Source of the DNA: a virus
Direction: 5' to 3' (one strand)
DNA length: 64,000 bases
Virus record (IMG/VR): IMGVR_UViG_3300032242_001941
Location: 1-64,000 of that record
This document shows positions 29,820-40,088 of this stretch, piece after piece. Each line of letters begins with the position of its first letter. The stretch's first letter is position 1. The notes under the pieces are model-generated. The model was not told the origin of the DNA. It saw only the letters and a program-made list of their open reading frames with translations, and searched no databases. The translations under genes and the position numbers were made by a program.

Positions 29820-30139
29820 TGATACAAGTAACTGAAACAGCCAATAAAAAAATAGTGGCTAATTTAACCAAGCGTGGCCGAGGCCTGGGCATTCGTCTTG
29901 GCGTTAGAACCACAGGTTGCTCAGGACTTGCTTATGTGTTGGAATACATTGACGCAGTAAATCCAGAAGATATTGCATTTGAACAAGATGGTTTTGTCAT
30001 TGTGGTTGATCCTAAAAGTAGTGTATATTTAGATGGGCTTGAGGTAGACTATGTGCGCCAAGGACTCAACGAAGGTTTTGAATTTAACAACCCTATGGAA
30101 AAGGACCGTTGCGGTTGTGGCGAGTCATTTAGGATTTAA
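29819..30139 (+). CDS. iscA: A-type Fe-S carrier IscA
   Basis: [16 protein letters not shown]. Confidence 0.95.
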   Translation: MIQVTETANKKIVANLTKRGRGLGIRLGVRTTGCSGLAYVLEYIDAVNPEDIAFEQDGFVIVVDPKSSVYLDGLEVDYVRQGLNEGFEFNNPMEKDRCGCGESFRI

Positions 30140-30150
30140 GAAAGAAAAAA

Positions 30151-30864
30151 TTGTATAACCCAAAATTTCAGTACCATGAATTAAGTCGTACCAGTGAAGA
30201 AGGCAAACGTTTATACTCTACTCCAGATGGTAGCAAGGTGCCCAGTGTAACAACTATCCTGGACAAAACTAAACCGGCTGAATCACGAGCCGCCCTGGAG
30301 CAATGGCGTAAAAATGTTGGCCATGCTAAGGCGCAACAAATCACCACAGAAGCCGCTAACCGCGGAACTAGAATGCATACCTACCTGGAACATTATGTAA
30401 AAAATAATGAACTAAAAGAGCCCGGGTCAAATCCATTTGGCTGGGCAAGTCATGCCATGGCACAAACAGTTATTGAAGACGGTCTGGTTAACGTAGATGA
30501 GTTTTGGGGTGTGGAGATTCCCTTATACTTTCCCAAGCTGTATGCAGGAACTACAGACTGTGTTGGCATACATAAAAAAGCTGAAAGTATCTTGGACTTT
30601 AAACAGACCAATAAACCCAAACGAGCAGAATGGATCACCGACTATTATCTACAACTTGTGGCTTATGCCTTGGCCCACAACGAAGTATATGGAACCAACA
30701 TACGCAAAGGTGTGGTGCTAATGTGTGTCAAGCCACCGGTAGACGAAATGGGGCGTCCGTTAGAGCGTCCAAAATACCAAGAATTTATTTTAAAACCCGA
30801 GGATTTTGACTACTGGGCAGATGCCTGGTGGCGTCGTTTAGAGCAGTACTACCTACTGGCCTAA
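30151..30864 (+). CDS. PD-(D/E)XK exonuclease (Cas4-like fold, no Fe-S cysteines)
   Basis: PSVTTIL, RGT.MH, YAGTTDC, ILDFKQT, LQLVAYA. Confidence 0.85.
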   Translation: MYNPKFQYHELSRTSEEGKRLYSTPDGSKVPSVTTILDKTKPAESRAALEQWRKNVGHAKAQQITTEAANRGTRMHTYLEHYVKNNELKEPGSNPFGWASHAMAQTVIEDGLVNVDEFWGVEIPLYFPKLYAGTTDCVGIHKKAESILDFKQTNKPKRAEWITDYYLQLVAYALAHNEVYGTNIRKGVVLMCVKPPVDEMGRPLERPKYQEFILKPEDFDYWADAWWRRLEQYYLLA

Positions 30865-30901
30865 CCAGCTAAATACTGGATAGAATTCAAGGAAGACTAA
30901 A

Positions 30902-31396
30902 TTGGCTATTGTACAAATCTCTCAAATTACTAATCGTAAAGGATTAGCAGAAAATTTACCACAGTTAGCTGGTGCAGAATTGGGCTGGTCTACTGACACA
31001 CGTCAGTTATGGATTGGCAATGGCACACTAGCAGATGGTGCACCAGTCATTGGCAACACTGAGATTCTCACTGAATTTAGCGTAATCCCAAAACCAACAC
31101 CGACGGCAGTTACATTGGCAAACAATACAACTACACCAACTACTGCATTTACCCTTGACACCACAGCAGTAACATTTTCTTACACAATTGCTAGAAATAA
31201 TACTTATCGTACCGGTACAATTATGATAGCCGGGGTAGAAAACCCATTGCAATTTAATGATACTTCGATACAAAATGCCAGCACTGGCATTGTATTGAGT
31301 GCAACTTATTTAAATGGTCTAATTCAAGTACAGTATACCAGCACCAACACCGGCGTCAGCGCCCAATTAAAATACCTAGTTACAGTTTCAGCTTAA
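30902..31396 (+). CDS. Probable virion structural protein
   Basis: LPQLAGAELGWSTDTRQLWIGNG tail-fibre-type N-terminal motif; Thr-rich. Confidence 0.65.
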   Translation: MAIVQISQITNRKGLAENLPQLAGAELGWSTDTRQLWIGNGTLADGAPVIGNTEILTEFSVIPKPTPTAVTLANNTTTPTTAFTLDTTAVTFSYTIARNNTYRTGTIMIAGVENPLQFNDTSIQNASTGIVLSATYLNGLIQVQYTSTNTGVSAQLKYLVTVSA

Positions 31397-31809
31397 TGTG
31401 GCCCGTAACCTTTGATGTCAGGCTGGCCAGCTGGAACCAGTTACGGGATCATGTTCACTCTCTTCCTTTAGAAATAGCACTTGTTGAAATTAATCGTTGG
31501 TGGTTCGCAACGCCTTGGCGCCCGTACTACCTACACTGGGATGACCAGCCAAACTGGCCAGATCCCTGGCAACTTTTGAGCGACGACGTCTATTGTGATC
31601 TTGCAAGAGCTCTTGGAATCCTGTATACTATAAGTCTACTGGATCGTGCGGATATGGTGGATGCAGAGCTGGTTTTAACAGATGATGGCAGTAATTTAGT
31701 CCTAGTAGCAAAAGAAAAATATATACTTAATTGGAGCCCAGACACTGTCGTAAATACCTACCAAGAAGTAAAAATCCGCCGGCGGTTAAAGCAATATCAA
31801 ATTAAATAG
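31396..31809 (+). CDS. Hypothetical protein
   Basis: Coupled ORF, WPDPWQLL..D.YC motif. Confidence 0.75.
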   Translation: MWPVTFDVRLASWNQLRDHVHSLPLEIALVEINRWWFATPWRPYYLHWDDQPNWPDPWQLLSDDVYCDLARALGILYTISLLDRADMVDAELVLTDDGSNLVLVAKEKYILNWSPDTVVNTYQEVKIRRRLKQYQIK

Positions 31810-31840
31810 CAGTAAAAAATTAAAACAGAACGAGAGTTAG

Positions 31841-34159
31841 ATGACGCAAATTACAGTAGTTAAAAGAAGCGGAGTAAAAGAGCCACTACAGATTGACAAG
31901 TGGCAGGCACAGGTCGCTAAGGTATGTCAAGGCATTGCTGATGTTAGTCAGTCAATGATAGAAATAAAAGCACAGTTACATTTTTACGATGGAATTACCA
32001 CACAAGAGATTGATGGCATTACACTCAGAGCCATTGTGGATCTTATTGATATAGAATCAAATCCAGACGTTGGGCACACTAATTACCAATATGTAGCAGG
32101 CAAGCAACGCTTATCGATGTTGCGTAAAGATGTCTACGGCAACTACGAAGTTCCACACTTGTATGAAATTGTAAAGAAAAACGTGGCCACGGGTCTTTAT
32201 ACAGCAGAACTTCTTGAGTGGTACACTGAAGAAGACTGGAACCGAATGAATGAGATGCTGGACCACGACAAGGACGAGTTGTATTCATATGCCGCGATTG
32301 AACAACTGATCGAAAAGTATTTGGTACGCAATCGTGCCACAAAGGAAATATATGAAACTCCCCAAATTCGTTATATCATTGCAGCCGCGACTGTGTTCCA
32401 TAAGGAAGAACCTAATGCAGCCCGCATGCGTTACATCAAAGAGTATTATAATTGTGCTAGTGATGGCCTGTTTACTCTTGCGACTCCTGTTCTGGCTGGA
32501 CTGGGAACACCAACAAAGCAATTTAGCAGTTGTGTGCTTATACGTAGTGATGACAATCTGGATAGTATTTTTGCCTCAGGGGAAATGATGGCCAAGTATG
32601 CGGCCAAACGTGCCGGCATTGGGTTAGAGATTGGGCGTTTACGCCCACTTGGTGCTCCCATTCGTGGTGGCGAAGTTATGCACACAGGAATGATTCCATT
32701 TTTAAAGAAATGGTTTGGAGATTTAAGAAGTTGTTCACAAGGAGGTATCCGCAATGCAAGTGCTACCGTATTTTATCCTATTTGGCACTATCAGTTTGAT
32801 GATCTTATTGTGCTTAAAAATAACCAGGGAACTGAAGAAACACGAGTAAGATTTATGGACTATGGCGTTGTTCTTAATGCCTTATTTTGGCGTCGTTTCA
32901 AGAATAAAGAAACGATTACTTTCTTTGATCCTAACGAAGTTCCAGACTTGTATGAAGCTTTTTACAAGAATACTGAATTATTTGAAGAGCTTTATGTAAA
33001 ATATGAAAAGCGTAAGGACTTACGCAAAAAAGTAATGAACGCCGAAGATGTATTCAAAGGCGGCATATTAAAAGAGCGCACTGACACAGGACGTATCTAC
33101 CTTGTGTTTATTGACAATGTTCAGAGTCAAGGTCCATTTGATCCTGAATTCCATACCATTTATCAGAGTAACTTGTGCTGTGAAATTCTATTACCTACTA
33201 AGTCTTTTAAGCGTCTCGATGATGATGCTGGTCGTATTGCGTTATGCACTCTGGGAAGTATTAACTGGGGAGCATTCCGCAATCCTGAAGATATGCGTCG
33301 TGCTTGCCGCATCCTACAGCGTAGTCTTTGTAATATACTTGACTACCAAGATTTTCTTTCTATTCAGTCACAGTTAAGCAATCAGGAAATACAGCCCTTG
33401 GGTATTGGCATTACTAATCTGGCTTATTGGCATGCCAAGCGCGGTCTACAGTACGGCGAGCGAGATGCCTTACAAGAAGTTAAGTCATGGATGGAGCATC
33501 AGGCCTACTACTTGACAGAAGCAACAGTAGAGCTTGCTAAAGAGCGTGGACCCTGTAGTCATAGTGGCCTAACACGTTATGGCCAAGGTAAATTTCCTTG
33601 GGAGCTTCGTGCCCGGGCCGTTGACGAGCTGGCAAACTTTAAACCCGAACTAGATTGGGAAACACTTCGTGAGAAAATGAAAACCTATGGTGTTCGCAAT
33701 GCTACCTTGATGGCTGTAGCGCCTGTTGAAAGTAGTAGTGTTGTAATTAACAGCACCAACGGTATTGAAATGCCCATGAGCCTGATTACCGTTAAAGAAT
33801 CAAAAGCTGGGTCGTTAATTCAAGTTGCACCAGAGTACAACAAGTTAAAGAATAAGTATCAGTTAATGTGGGAACAAAAAGATTGTGATGGTTACATTAA
33901 AACAGCGGCGGTTATCGCGGCTTATGTAGATCAAAGTATTAGTACTAACACGTTTTATAATCCAGCACACTTTAGTGACCGTAAAGTGCCTACTACCCTG
34001 ATTGCCAAGAACTTGATGCAGGCACATCGTTGGGGTCTTAAGACGTTTTATTATAGCCTCATAAACAAGCAAGGCAGTAAAGGTCAAGATGAACCAGAAA
34101 CAAAGCTAGAAGTAGTAGACTTTGATGATCAAGAAGATTGTGAAAGTTGCAAACTTTAA
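31841..34159 (+). CDS. nrdA: Ribonucleotide reductase class Ia alpha subunit
   Basis: ATP cone (VVKRSG), QFSSC, SNLCCEI, LKTFYY, C-terminal CESCKL. Confidence 0.97.
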   Translation: MTQITVVKRSGVKEPLQIDKWQAQVAKVCQGIADVSQSMIEIKAQLHFYDGITTQEIDGITLRAIVDLIDIESNPDVGHTNYQYVAGKQRLSMLRKDVYGNYEVPHLYEIVKKNVATGLYTAELLEWYTEEDWNRMNEMLDHDKDELYSYAAIEQLIEKYLVRNRATKEIYETPQIRYIIAAATVFHKEEPNAARMRYIKEYYNCASDGLFTLATPVLAGLGTPTKQFSSCVLIRSDDNLDSIFASGEMMAKYAAKRAGIGLEIGRLRPLGAPIRGGEVMHTGMIPFLKKWFGDLRSCSQGGIRNASATVFYPIWHYQFDDLIVLKNNQGTEETRVRFMDYGVVLNALFWRRFKNKETITFFDPNEVPDLYEAFYKNTELFEELYVKYEKRKDLRKKVMNAEDVFKGGILKERTDTGRIYLVFIDNVQSQGPFDPEFHTIYQSNLCCEILLPTKSFKRLDDDAGRIALCTLGSINWGAFRNPEDMRRACRILQRSLCNILDYQDFLSIQSQLSNQEIQPLGIGITNLAYWHAKRGLQYGERDALQEVKSWMEHQAYYLTEATVELAKERGPCSHSGLTRYGQGKFPWELRARAVDELANFKPELDWETLREKMKTYGVRNATLMAVAPVESSSVVINSTNGIEMPMSLITVKESKAGSLIQVAPEYNKLKNKYQLMWEQKDCDGYIKTAAVIAAYVDQSISTNTFYNPAHFSDRKVPTTLIAKNLMQAHRWGLKTFYYSLINKQGSKGQDEPETKLEVVDFDDQEDCESCKL

Positions 34160-34171
34160 TAAAGGAAAAAT

Positions 34172-34510
34172 ATGAAATTCAAATTACTTATTGTGCTGGC
34201 TTTTCTAATCCCAGCATTTGGATTTGCACAGAGCACACAAAACAACGGTAAGGCCGCTGTAAAAGACAATGGCAACACCAGCCTCCGCGGCTCGTATGGC
34301 AATACCGATCTACAAGGCTCCTATGGCAACACTGATATCAAAGGATCCTATGGTAATACTGATCTACAAGGATCATATGGTAATACCGATATCAAGGGCT
34401 CCTATGGCAATACTACTAATACCGTCAGCGTCGGCGGTAATGGAAATAACGGCAATGCACCAACAAAGATAATAATCAATCTTACCATCGAGATGCCGGC
34501 TACCAAATAA
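34172..34510 (+). CDS. Secreted small protein with 9-aa tandem repeats
   Basis: Signal peptide (MKFKLLIVLAFLIPAFGFA); GSYGNTD(LQ/IK) repeats; AAGGA SD. Confidence 0.75.
   Translation: MKFKLLIVLAFLIPAFGFAQSTQNNGKAAVKDNGNTSLRGSYGNTDLQGSYGNTDIKGSYGNTDLQGSYGNTDIKGSYGNTTNTVSVGGNGNNGNAPTKIIINLTIEMPATK
34289..34414 (+). repeat. 27-bp tandem repeat, about 4.7 copies
   Basis: GGxTCxTATGGYAAYACYGATxTxxAR units at 34289, 34316, 34343, 34370, 34397. Confidence 0.9.
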
Positions 34511-34623
34511 AATCGAAAGAAAACAAAATGATTAAAAATATATTACTGGAGAGTATTAAAAGAAACCGCTATACACAATAGAAATGTATGGAATGATGTA
34601 ACACTAACAAAAGAAGATCGATT

Positions 34624-35724
34624 ATGAGCCAAGCACAATACAACTTAAAAACAAAAACAGACTACCTGCATCGCAAGATGTTCTTGGACCCGGCAGGTCC
34701 TGTTACTATCCAACGCTTTGAAGAAGTCAAATACAACAAGATTGTCAAGTTTGAACAAGAAGCTCGTGGATTCTTCTGGGTACCAGAAGAGATCAGTTTA
34801 ACCAAAGATGCCAACGACTTCAAAGAAGCCACAGATACAGTGCGTCATATCTTTACCAGTAACCTGCTACGCCAAACTGCATTGGACAGTTTACAAGGTC
34901 GTGGTCCCACACAAGTGTTTACACCAGTGTGCTCAATTCCCGAACTTGAATCACTCATGTTCAACTGGGGTTTTTTTGAAACCAATATCCACAGTCGCAG
35001 TTACAGTCATATCATCCGCAATATTTACAACGTGCCCAAGGATGCGTTCAACACAATCCACGACACTAAAGAAATAGTCGAAATGGCATCAACTGTGGGC
35101 AACTACTACGACGAACTACACCGAGTTAACTGCCGTAAAGAATTAGGCGAAACAGTGACCGAGGAAGAACACATCCGTGCTATCTGGATGGCCTTGCATG
35201 CTAGTTATGCACTAGAAGCATTCCGCTTTATGGTTAGCTTTGCTACAAGTCTTGCAATGGTAGAGAATCGTATCTTTATTGGTAACGGCAACATTATCAG
35301 TCTAATCCTGCAGGATGAAATCTTACACAAGGACTGGACCGCCTGGATAATTAACCAAGTGGTCAAGGAAGATTCACGTTTTGCCCAAACTCGTGTTGAT
35401 TGCGAAGCAGAAGTATACGCATTGTATATGGATGTTATTCGTGAAGAAAAACAATGGGCCGATTACCTATTCAACAAAGGACCTGTGATTGGTCTCAATG
35501 CCAACATTCTTAAAGACTTTGTTGACTACACAGCAGTAGGCGCACTCAAAGAAGTGGGTATCAAGTATCAAACTCCTGCTCCTAAGACAACACCTATTCC
35601 ATGGTTCAACAAGCACGTTAACACATCAAACAAACAAACTGCACTGCAAGAGTCTGAATCGACTAATTATGTTATAGGCGCAATGAGTGATTTGTTAGAC
35701 TACGACGCATTACCCGACTTATAA
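34624..35724 (+). CDS. nrdB: Ribonucleotide reductase class Ia beta subunit
   Basis: FFWVPEE, LDSLQGR, ETNIHSRSY, EAFRF, DEILH. Confidence 0.97.
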   Translation: MSQAQYNLKTKTDYLHRKMFLDPAGPVTIQRFEEVKYNKIVKFEQEARGFFWVPEEISLTKDANDFKEATDTVRHIFTSNLLRQTALDSLQGRGPTQVFTPVCSIPELESLMFNWGFFETNIHSRSYSHIIRNIYNVPKDAFNTIHDTKEIVEMASTVGNYYDELHRVNCRKELGETVTEEEHIRAIWMALHASYALEAFRFMVSFATSLAMVENRIFIGNGNIISLILQDEILHKDWTAWIINQVVKEDSRFAQTRVDCEAEVYALYMDVIREEKQWADYLFNKGPVIGLNANILKDFVDYTAVGALKEVGIKYQTPAPKTTPIPWFNKHVNTSNKQTALQESESTNYVIGAMSDLLDYDALPDL

Positions 35725-35741
35725 TAATAAAGGAAACTAGA

Positions 35742-35969
35742 ATGACTAAAGCTGTAGTATGGAGCAAAGACTCCTGCCCATTTTGCGTTCAAGCAAAGGC
35801 GTTATTAAAACAAAAGGGTATTGAATTTGAAGAACGCAATATTAATACCGACTGGACCCGAGAGCAGTTATTAGAAGCAGTACCCAACGCAAGAACATTG
35901 CCGCAGATATTTTTAGACGATAAATTAGTAGGCGGATTTACAGAACTCCGTAAACATTTACAAGGATAA
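35742..35969 (+). CDS. Glutaredoxin
   Basis: CPFC, TLPQIF, VGGF. Confidence 0.95.
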   Translation: MTKAVVWSKDSCPFCVQAKALLKQKGIEFEERNINTDWTREQLLEAVPNARTLPQIFLDDKLVGGFTELRKHLQG

Positions 35970-35970
35970 T

Positions 35971-36273
35971 ATGAATATTGAATTAGATGAAGTTTACACA
36001 CTTAAAATTTCCAATGGTGACGAAATTGTAGCCAGAATTACCGCAGAAGATGACACAACCTACACAGTAACCAAGCCATTAACAGTTGTTCCAGGACCAC
36101 AAGGAATTAATATGATGAACAGTTTGTTTACCGCAAATCCTGACAAAAATGTGACTATAAATAAACAACAAGTGTCAATTATTGCACCTAGTCGCGATGA
36201 AGTGTGTGATAGTTATATTGAAGCTACCACTGGTATAAAGCCAGTGCGTAACAGTAAAATTTTAATGGGCTAA
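35971..36273 (+). CDS. Hypothetical protein (Sm-like beta fold suspected)
   Basis: TLKISNGDEIVAR...Y..ATTGI pattern common in T4-like phages. Confidence 0.7.
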   Translation: MNIELDEVYTLKISNGDEIVARITAEDDTTYTVTKPLTVVPGPQGINMMNSLFTANPDKNVTINKQQVSIIAPSRDEVCDSYIEATTGIKPVRNSKILMG

Positions 36274-36274
36274 A

Positions 36275-36565
36275 ATGGGTAAAGCAGTACAGCGTGTAGG
36301 TGATCCAAATACAGCAGGCGGTGTCATTCAAAACGGTGACCCCTCGGTATTGGTCAACGGACGTGCTGTAGCAATTCGAGGTGTATCAGTGAGTCCTCAT
36401 CCGTGTTGCGGAAGAAGGGGTTGTCCGCCAATACATTGTAATGCTAGAACACAAACTAATGAATCTACTGTATTTGTTAACGGTATTCCCTTGATTTTTA
36501 CCGATGACATCGACACCTGCGGGCATCCAAGAGCTGGCGGCAGTCCAGATGTGGTTATAGGATAA
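36275..36565 (+). CDS. PAAR-repeat baseplate spike tip protein
   Basis: AVQRVGD, SVLVNGRAVA, TVFVNGIP, TCGH, GSPDV. Confidence 0.88.
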   Translation: MGKAVQRVGDPNTAGGVIQNGDPSVLVNGRAVAIRGVSVSPHPCCGRRGCPPIHCNARTQTNESTVFVNGIPLIFTDDIDTCGHPRAGGSPDVVIG

Positions 36566-36567
36566 CC

Positions 36568-37662
36568 ATGGCACATACTTCAACTTGCGGCGCACCGCCG
36601 CCATCATCAAGTAGCTTTTTAACACCGCTACAACTTAACGCAGCCGCCGGATTGTTACAGAATCGCGGTCTTAATGTCAACGCAGAATTTGTTGCGGCAT
36701 TGGATGCTTACAATAATCTTCCTTTGATAACGTATTGGACCGAGGTAATTCTCAGCGACGGCGGCGCAAATGTTTCCCCTGCTAGCATTACCACAGTGTT
36801 TACCTTGGGCGCCGATGTGTGTGCGCCACTAAGTGACTCGGTACCGTCAGCGCCTACTGCATATCCTACATTAAGTAGTTCGTATGCACCATGGCTTGGA
36901 ATCTATTCTTCACAGAGTGGCGCACCGTGGCCAAACTCGCAAAATTCAGATCCGCGCCCACATCCGGGCTTTTCAGGGTTGTTATCTAAGGTAGCGTGGT
37001 TATACCTAGGCATGGGAGATCTAACAAAATTTGCACAAGTGTTGGCAATATGTAATAGCTTTGAAACACAGACAAATATATTTGTAAACACCGCTGTAAA
37101 TTCACAAAATTATCTTGGAAACACATTCACCAATACAAACAGTATGATCACTGGTGAAAATACTACAATAAATCTGGCAACAGAAGCGTTCGGTACAGAT
37201 TTGGCAAATACTGGATCAGTCATTGATTTAAATGATTTAGGTAATTTAGGAAGTCCGCTAGCATTAATGCGACAAATTTATAAACATACCAATGGCATCT
37301 TTATAAGTCCAGCAGTATCTTTAGCATTTATCAATGTCGGGATTTCTCAAGAAGTAGTCATAAATTTACAAGATCCTAACTATACTATAACCGACTCAAT
37401 ACAAAAATTGATGTATCGGGCCATGACACAAATTACTGGAGATGACCTTGCACAAGTTTTACGTGCAATGAGTGTAACCACTGTAGGAATTGAAACCATG
37501 GCTGATTTATTGAATCCTGTAAAATTATTTCCAAATAGTTTTCAAAGTTTAACCGTTCCCACTGCCAATGGCCCCATGGCAATATATACCAATGCCAGCG
37601 GATCAGTAAACACCGGTTTGAAAACTGAGTTACCACCCTATGCTATAAGTAGTCTTGTATGA
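36568..37662 (+). CDS. Probable baseplate/tail structural protein
   Basis: 364 aa following PAAR; Thr/Asn/Ser-rich. Confidence 0.55.
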   Translation: MAHTSTCGAPPPSSSSFLTPLQLNAAAGLLQNRGLNVNAEFVAALDAYNNLPLITYWTEVILSDGGANVSPASITTVFTLGADVCAPLSDSVPSAPTAYPTLSSSYAPWLGIYSSQSGAPWPNSQNSDPRPHPGFSGLLSKVAWLYLGMGDLTKFAQVLAICNSFETQTNIFVNTAVNSQNYLGNTFTNTNSMITGENTTINLATEAFGTDLANTGSVIDLNDLGNLGSPLALMRQIYKHTNGIFISPAVSLAFINVGISQEVVINLQDPNYTITDSIQKLMYRAMTQITGDDLAQVLRAMSVTTVGIETMADLLNPVKLFPNSFQSLTVPTANGPMAIYTNASGSVNTGLKTELPPYAISSLV

Positions 37663-40088
37663 TTGCACTAGATAGACTACAACAAATAATCCCAGCTGAT
37701 CAGGCCCTGGCCAACAAGGCATTGTCGGTCAGTTTACAAGGACTTTCGGGACACAGTACCACGACTTCACCAAGTTTGGCCACAGCAATACCCAATCAGG
37801 AAACCACCAAAAATCTTCCACTCATGTCGGCACTGACAGTAGCAGTTCCATCCAGCGTGGCCGACTACTTGGTCAATACCTATCCAGAAGGAACAGGTCA
37901 ATACAATACATTATTAATAATTGATCTATTAGGAACTCCTAGCGGACAACGAACACCGATACCCAAATTACTTGATACTGTAGCAACAATAAATGCAATG
38001 GGCGTTGAGACATTAACCGAAATATACAGTCGAATGATCAACGACATCAATGGTGTGTATAATGTAGAAATTCCAGCAGTTCCAGCGGATCCGACCACAG
38101 GCGATCCCGGAAGCCCTGCAATATTTTATGTAGATGTTCCAGGTGGCCCGGCTGCAGGAATTTACCCAACCCAACAAGCGGCGTTCAACGAGTTGATTGC
38201 AGTTGGCCGAGCTGAAATATTGAGATTATCAGCCACAAGCGCAGGACAACAAGCGCATCAAGATTTTATCGACATATCCAATCAATTAATAAAAGAACAG
38301 TATCAACAGTCCAGAGCTTTTGTAGATTTTAGATATCTTCAGGCCAATGATAAAATGTCAATATACGGATTTGTTTATAGTTTGCCTCAGTATGGATTAG
38401 ACACTATACAATATGATGTAGCATGGTATTTAGAACAGTTATCTGTTCTTTCTATAGCACCCGATCAATTTACCGCACAGGCAGTTCTTGCCTGTATGCG
38501 CGAAGGTCGAAACAATGCTACACTCAGTAAGGCCGGAATTGGTACCAACAGTAGTATTCCAAGTGTACCCACACCCACACCGCCTCAGGCAACCTTACTG
38601 CCCTCAAAATACACAGCTGGTGAAGCTGCAAGTTTATTAAATGTATCTGGATCTTCAAACACATCGGCGACCACATGGGTAAGTCCACCTGATGATTCAA
38701 GTATTGGAACATTTGCTATTAGTGTACCAATTGCTCCAGTTCAGCTAACAGCCACAGCGCCCGATGGCAATGTGCGTTATACCGTATCAAGTGGCTCGTT
38801 GCCGACCGGATTAACACTTGGATTGACCACAGGTCTAATCACAGGCACCCCAACTTCTTTAGGCACAGCGGTTCCTTTTGTGGTTGTTGCAAGCTCACTT
38901 TCTAGTCAAGATTCATCTCGTCGGTTCACTTGGACAGTCAATCCTTACACAATTACATGGACAAGTCCATCGCCCAATTCGAGTATTGGAACATTCAATC
39001 AAGATTCCCCAATTACTCCAGTTCAGTTAACAGCCACATCACCTGATGGAAATATTTTGTACAGTATAACCAGTGGGTATCTGCCCACCGGATTAGTACT
39101 TGGGACCACCACAGGACAGATCACAGGCACACCAACTTATCTTGGAACTAATATTAACTTTACGGTTAGTGCAAAATCATATTCTGGAGTAGGTACTCCA
39201 GTGACACGTACATTTAATTGGTCAGTAGTTCCTGTGACCACATGGGCAAGCCCGCCTGATGGTTCAAGTATCGGAACATTCAATCAAAATTCTGCAATTA
39301 CTCCAGTTCAGCTAACAGCCACAGCAACAAGTGGAACAGTACAGTACACCATAACCAGTGGATCCTTACCAACCGGATTAACACTTGGGTTGACCACAGG
39401 ACAGATCACAGGCACACCAACTCAACTTGGAACCAACACCAGCTTTACAGTTCGTGCCGTTTCAAGTTTTGGCGGAGTACCGGTGACTCGGACATACAAT
39501 TGGACAGTAGTTCCAGTGACCACATGGGCAAGTCCGCCCAACGGTTCAAGTATTGGAACATTTACTACCAATACAACAATTACTCCAGTCCAGTTAACAG
39601 CCACAACCACTGGTGGAACAGTACAGTACACCATAACCGGTGGATCTTTACCAACAGGATTGACACTTGGAACCACCACTGGACAAATTACAGGCACCCC
39701 GACGGAGGTCGGCACCGCCGTCGACTTTACTGTTAGTGCAGTATCAGATTTAGGTGGAGCACCGGTGACTCGGTCATTTAAATGGACTGTGTTGCCTGTT
39801 ACAACATGGGCAAGTCCAACAGCTGGCTCAAGCATTGGAACATTCAAACGAAACGTAGCAATCACTCCAGTTCAATTAACAGCCACAACCACAGGTGGAA
39901 CCGTACAATATACTCTAACAAATTTCAGTGGATCGTTACCTGCCGGACTAACACTTGGATTGACTACAGGTCAAATCACAGGCACACCGACTCAACTTGG
40001 CTTTAATGTTAGTTTCACTGTCAGCGCGGTATCAAGTGCAGGCGGCACAGCAGAAACTCGTTCATTTACCTGGACTGTTACTGTTTAA
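37659..40088 (+). CDS. Virion protein with five C-terminal Ig-like (putative Ig/He_PIG-type) repeats
   Basis: Repeats of ...YTITSGSLPTGLTLG.TTGQITGTPT...FTV.A. Confidence 0.8.
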   Translation: MIALDRLQQIIPADQALANKALSVSLQGLSGHSTTTSPSLATAIPNQETTKNLPLMSALTVAVPSSVADYLVNTYPEGTGQYNTLLIIDLLGTPSGQRTPIPKLLDTVATINAMGVETLTEIYSRMINDINGVYNVEIPAVPADPTTGDPGSPAIFYVDVPGGPAAGIYPTQQAAFNELIAVGRAEILRLSATSAGQQAHQDFIDISNQLIKEQYQQSRAFVDFRYLQANDKMSIYGFVYSLPQYGLDTIQYDVAWYLEQLSVLSIAPDQFTAQAVLACMREGRNNATLSKAGIGTNSSIPSVPTPTPPQATLLPSKYTAGEAASLLNVSGSSNTSATTWVSPPDDSSIGTFAISVPIAPVQLTATAPDGNVRYTVSSGSLPTGLTLGLTTGLITGTPTSLGTAVPFVVVASSLSSQDSSRRFTWTVNPYTITWTSPSPNSSIGTFNQDSPITPVQLTATSPDGNILYSITSGYLPTGLVLGTTTGQITGTPTYLGTNINFTVSAKSYSGVGTPVTRTFNWSVVPVTTWASPPDGSSIGTFNQNSAITPVQLTATATSGTVQYTITSGSLPTGLTLGLTTGQITGTPTQLGTNTSFTVRAVSSFGGVPVTRTYNWTVVPVTTWASPPNGSSIGTFTTNTTITPVQLTATTTGGTVQYTITGGSLPTGLTLGTTTGQITGTPTEVGTAVDFTVSAVSDLGGAPVTRSFKWTVLPVTTWASPTAGSSIGTFKRNVAITPVQLTATTTGGTVQYTLTNFSGSLPAGLTLGLTTGQITGTPTQLGFNVSFTVSAVSSAGGTAETRSFTWTVTV
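38670..40085 (+). repeat. Five tandem ~282-bp (94-aa) repeats
   Basis: Units start at 38670, 38952, 39237, 39519 and 39801. Confidence 0.92.

Noticed and set aside
30151-30864. Cas4 / CRISPR-Cas system
   Set aside because: Solo PD-(D/E)XK nuclease without the Fe-S cysteines; no cas genes or array in the window
34289-34414. 27-bp repeats as a CRISPR array
   Set aside because: Repeats are contiguous with no spacers, in frame, and vary at codon third positions
31841-35724. Introns or inteins in nrdA/nrdB (also terL, helicase, uvsX)
   Set aside because: All are continuous and of normal length, with no intein motifs visible
38670-40085. Diversity-generating retroelement TR/VR pair
   Set aside because: Differences between repeats are not adenine-specific and no reverse transcriptase is present
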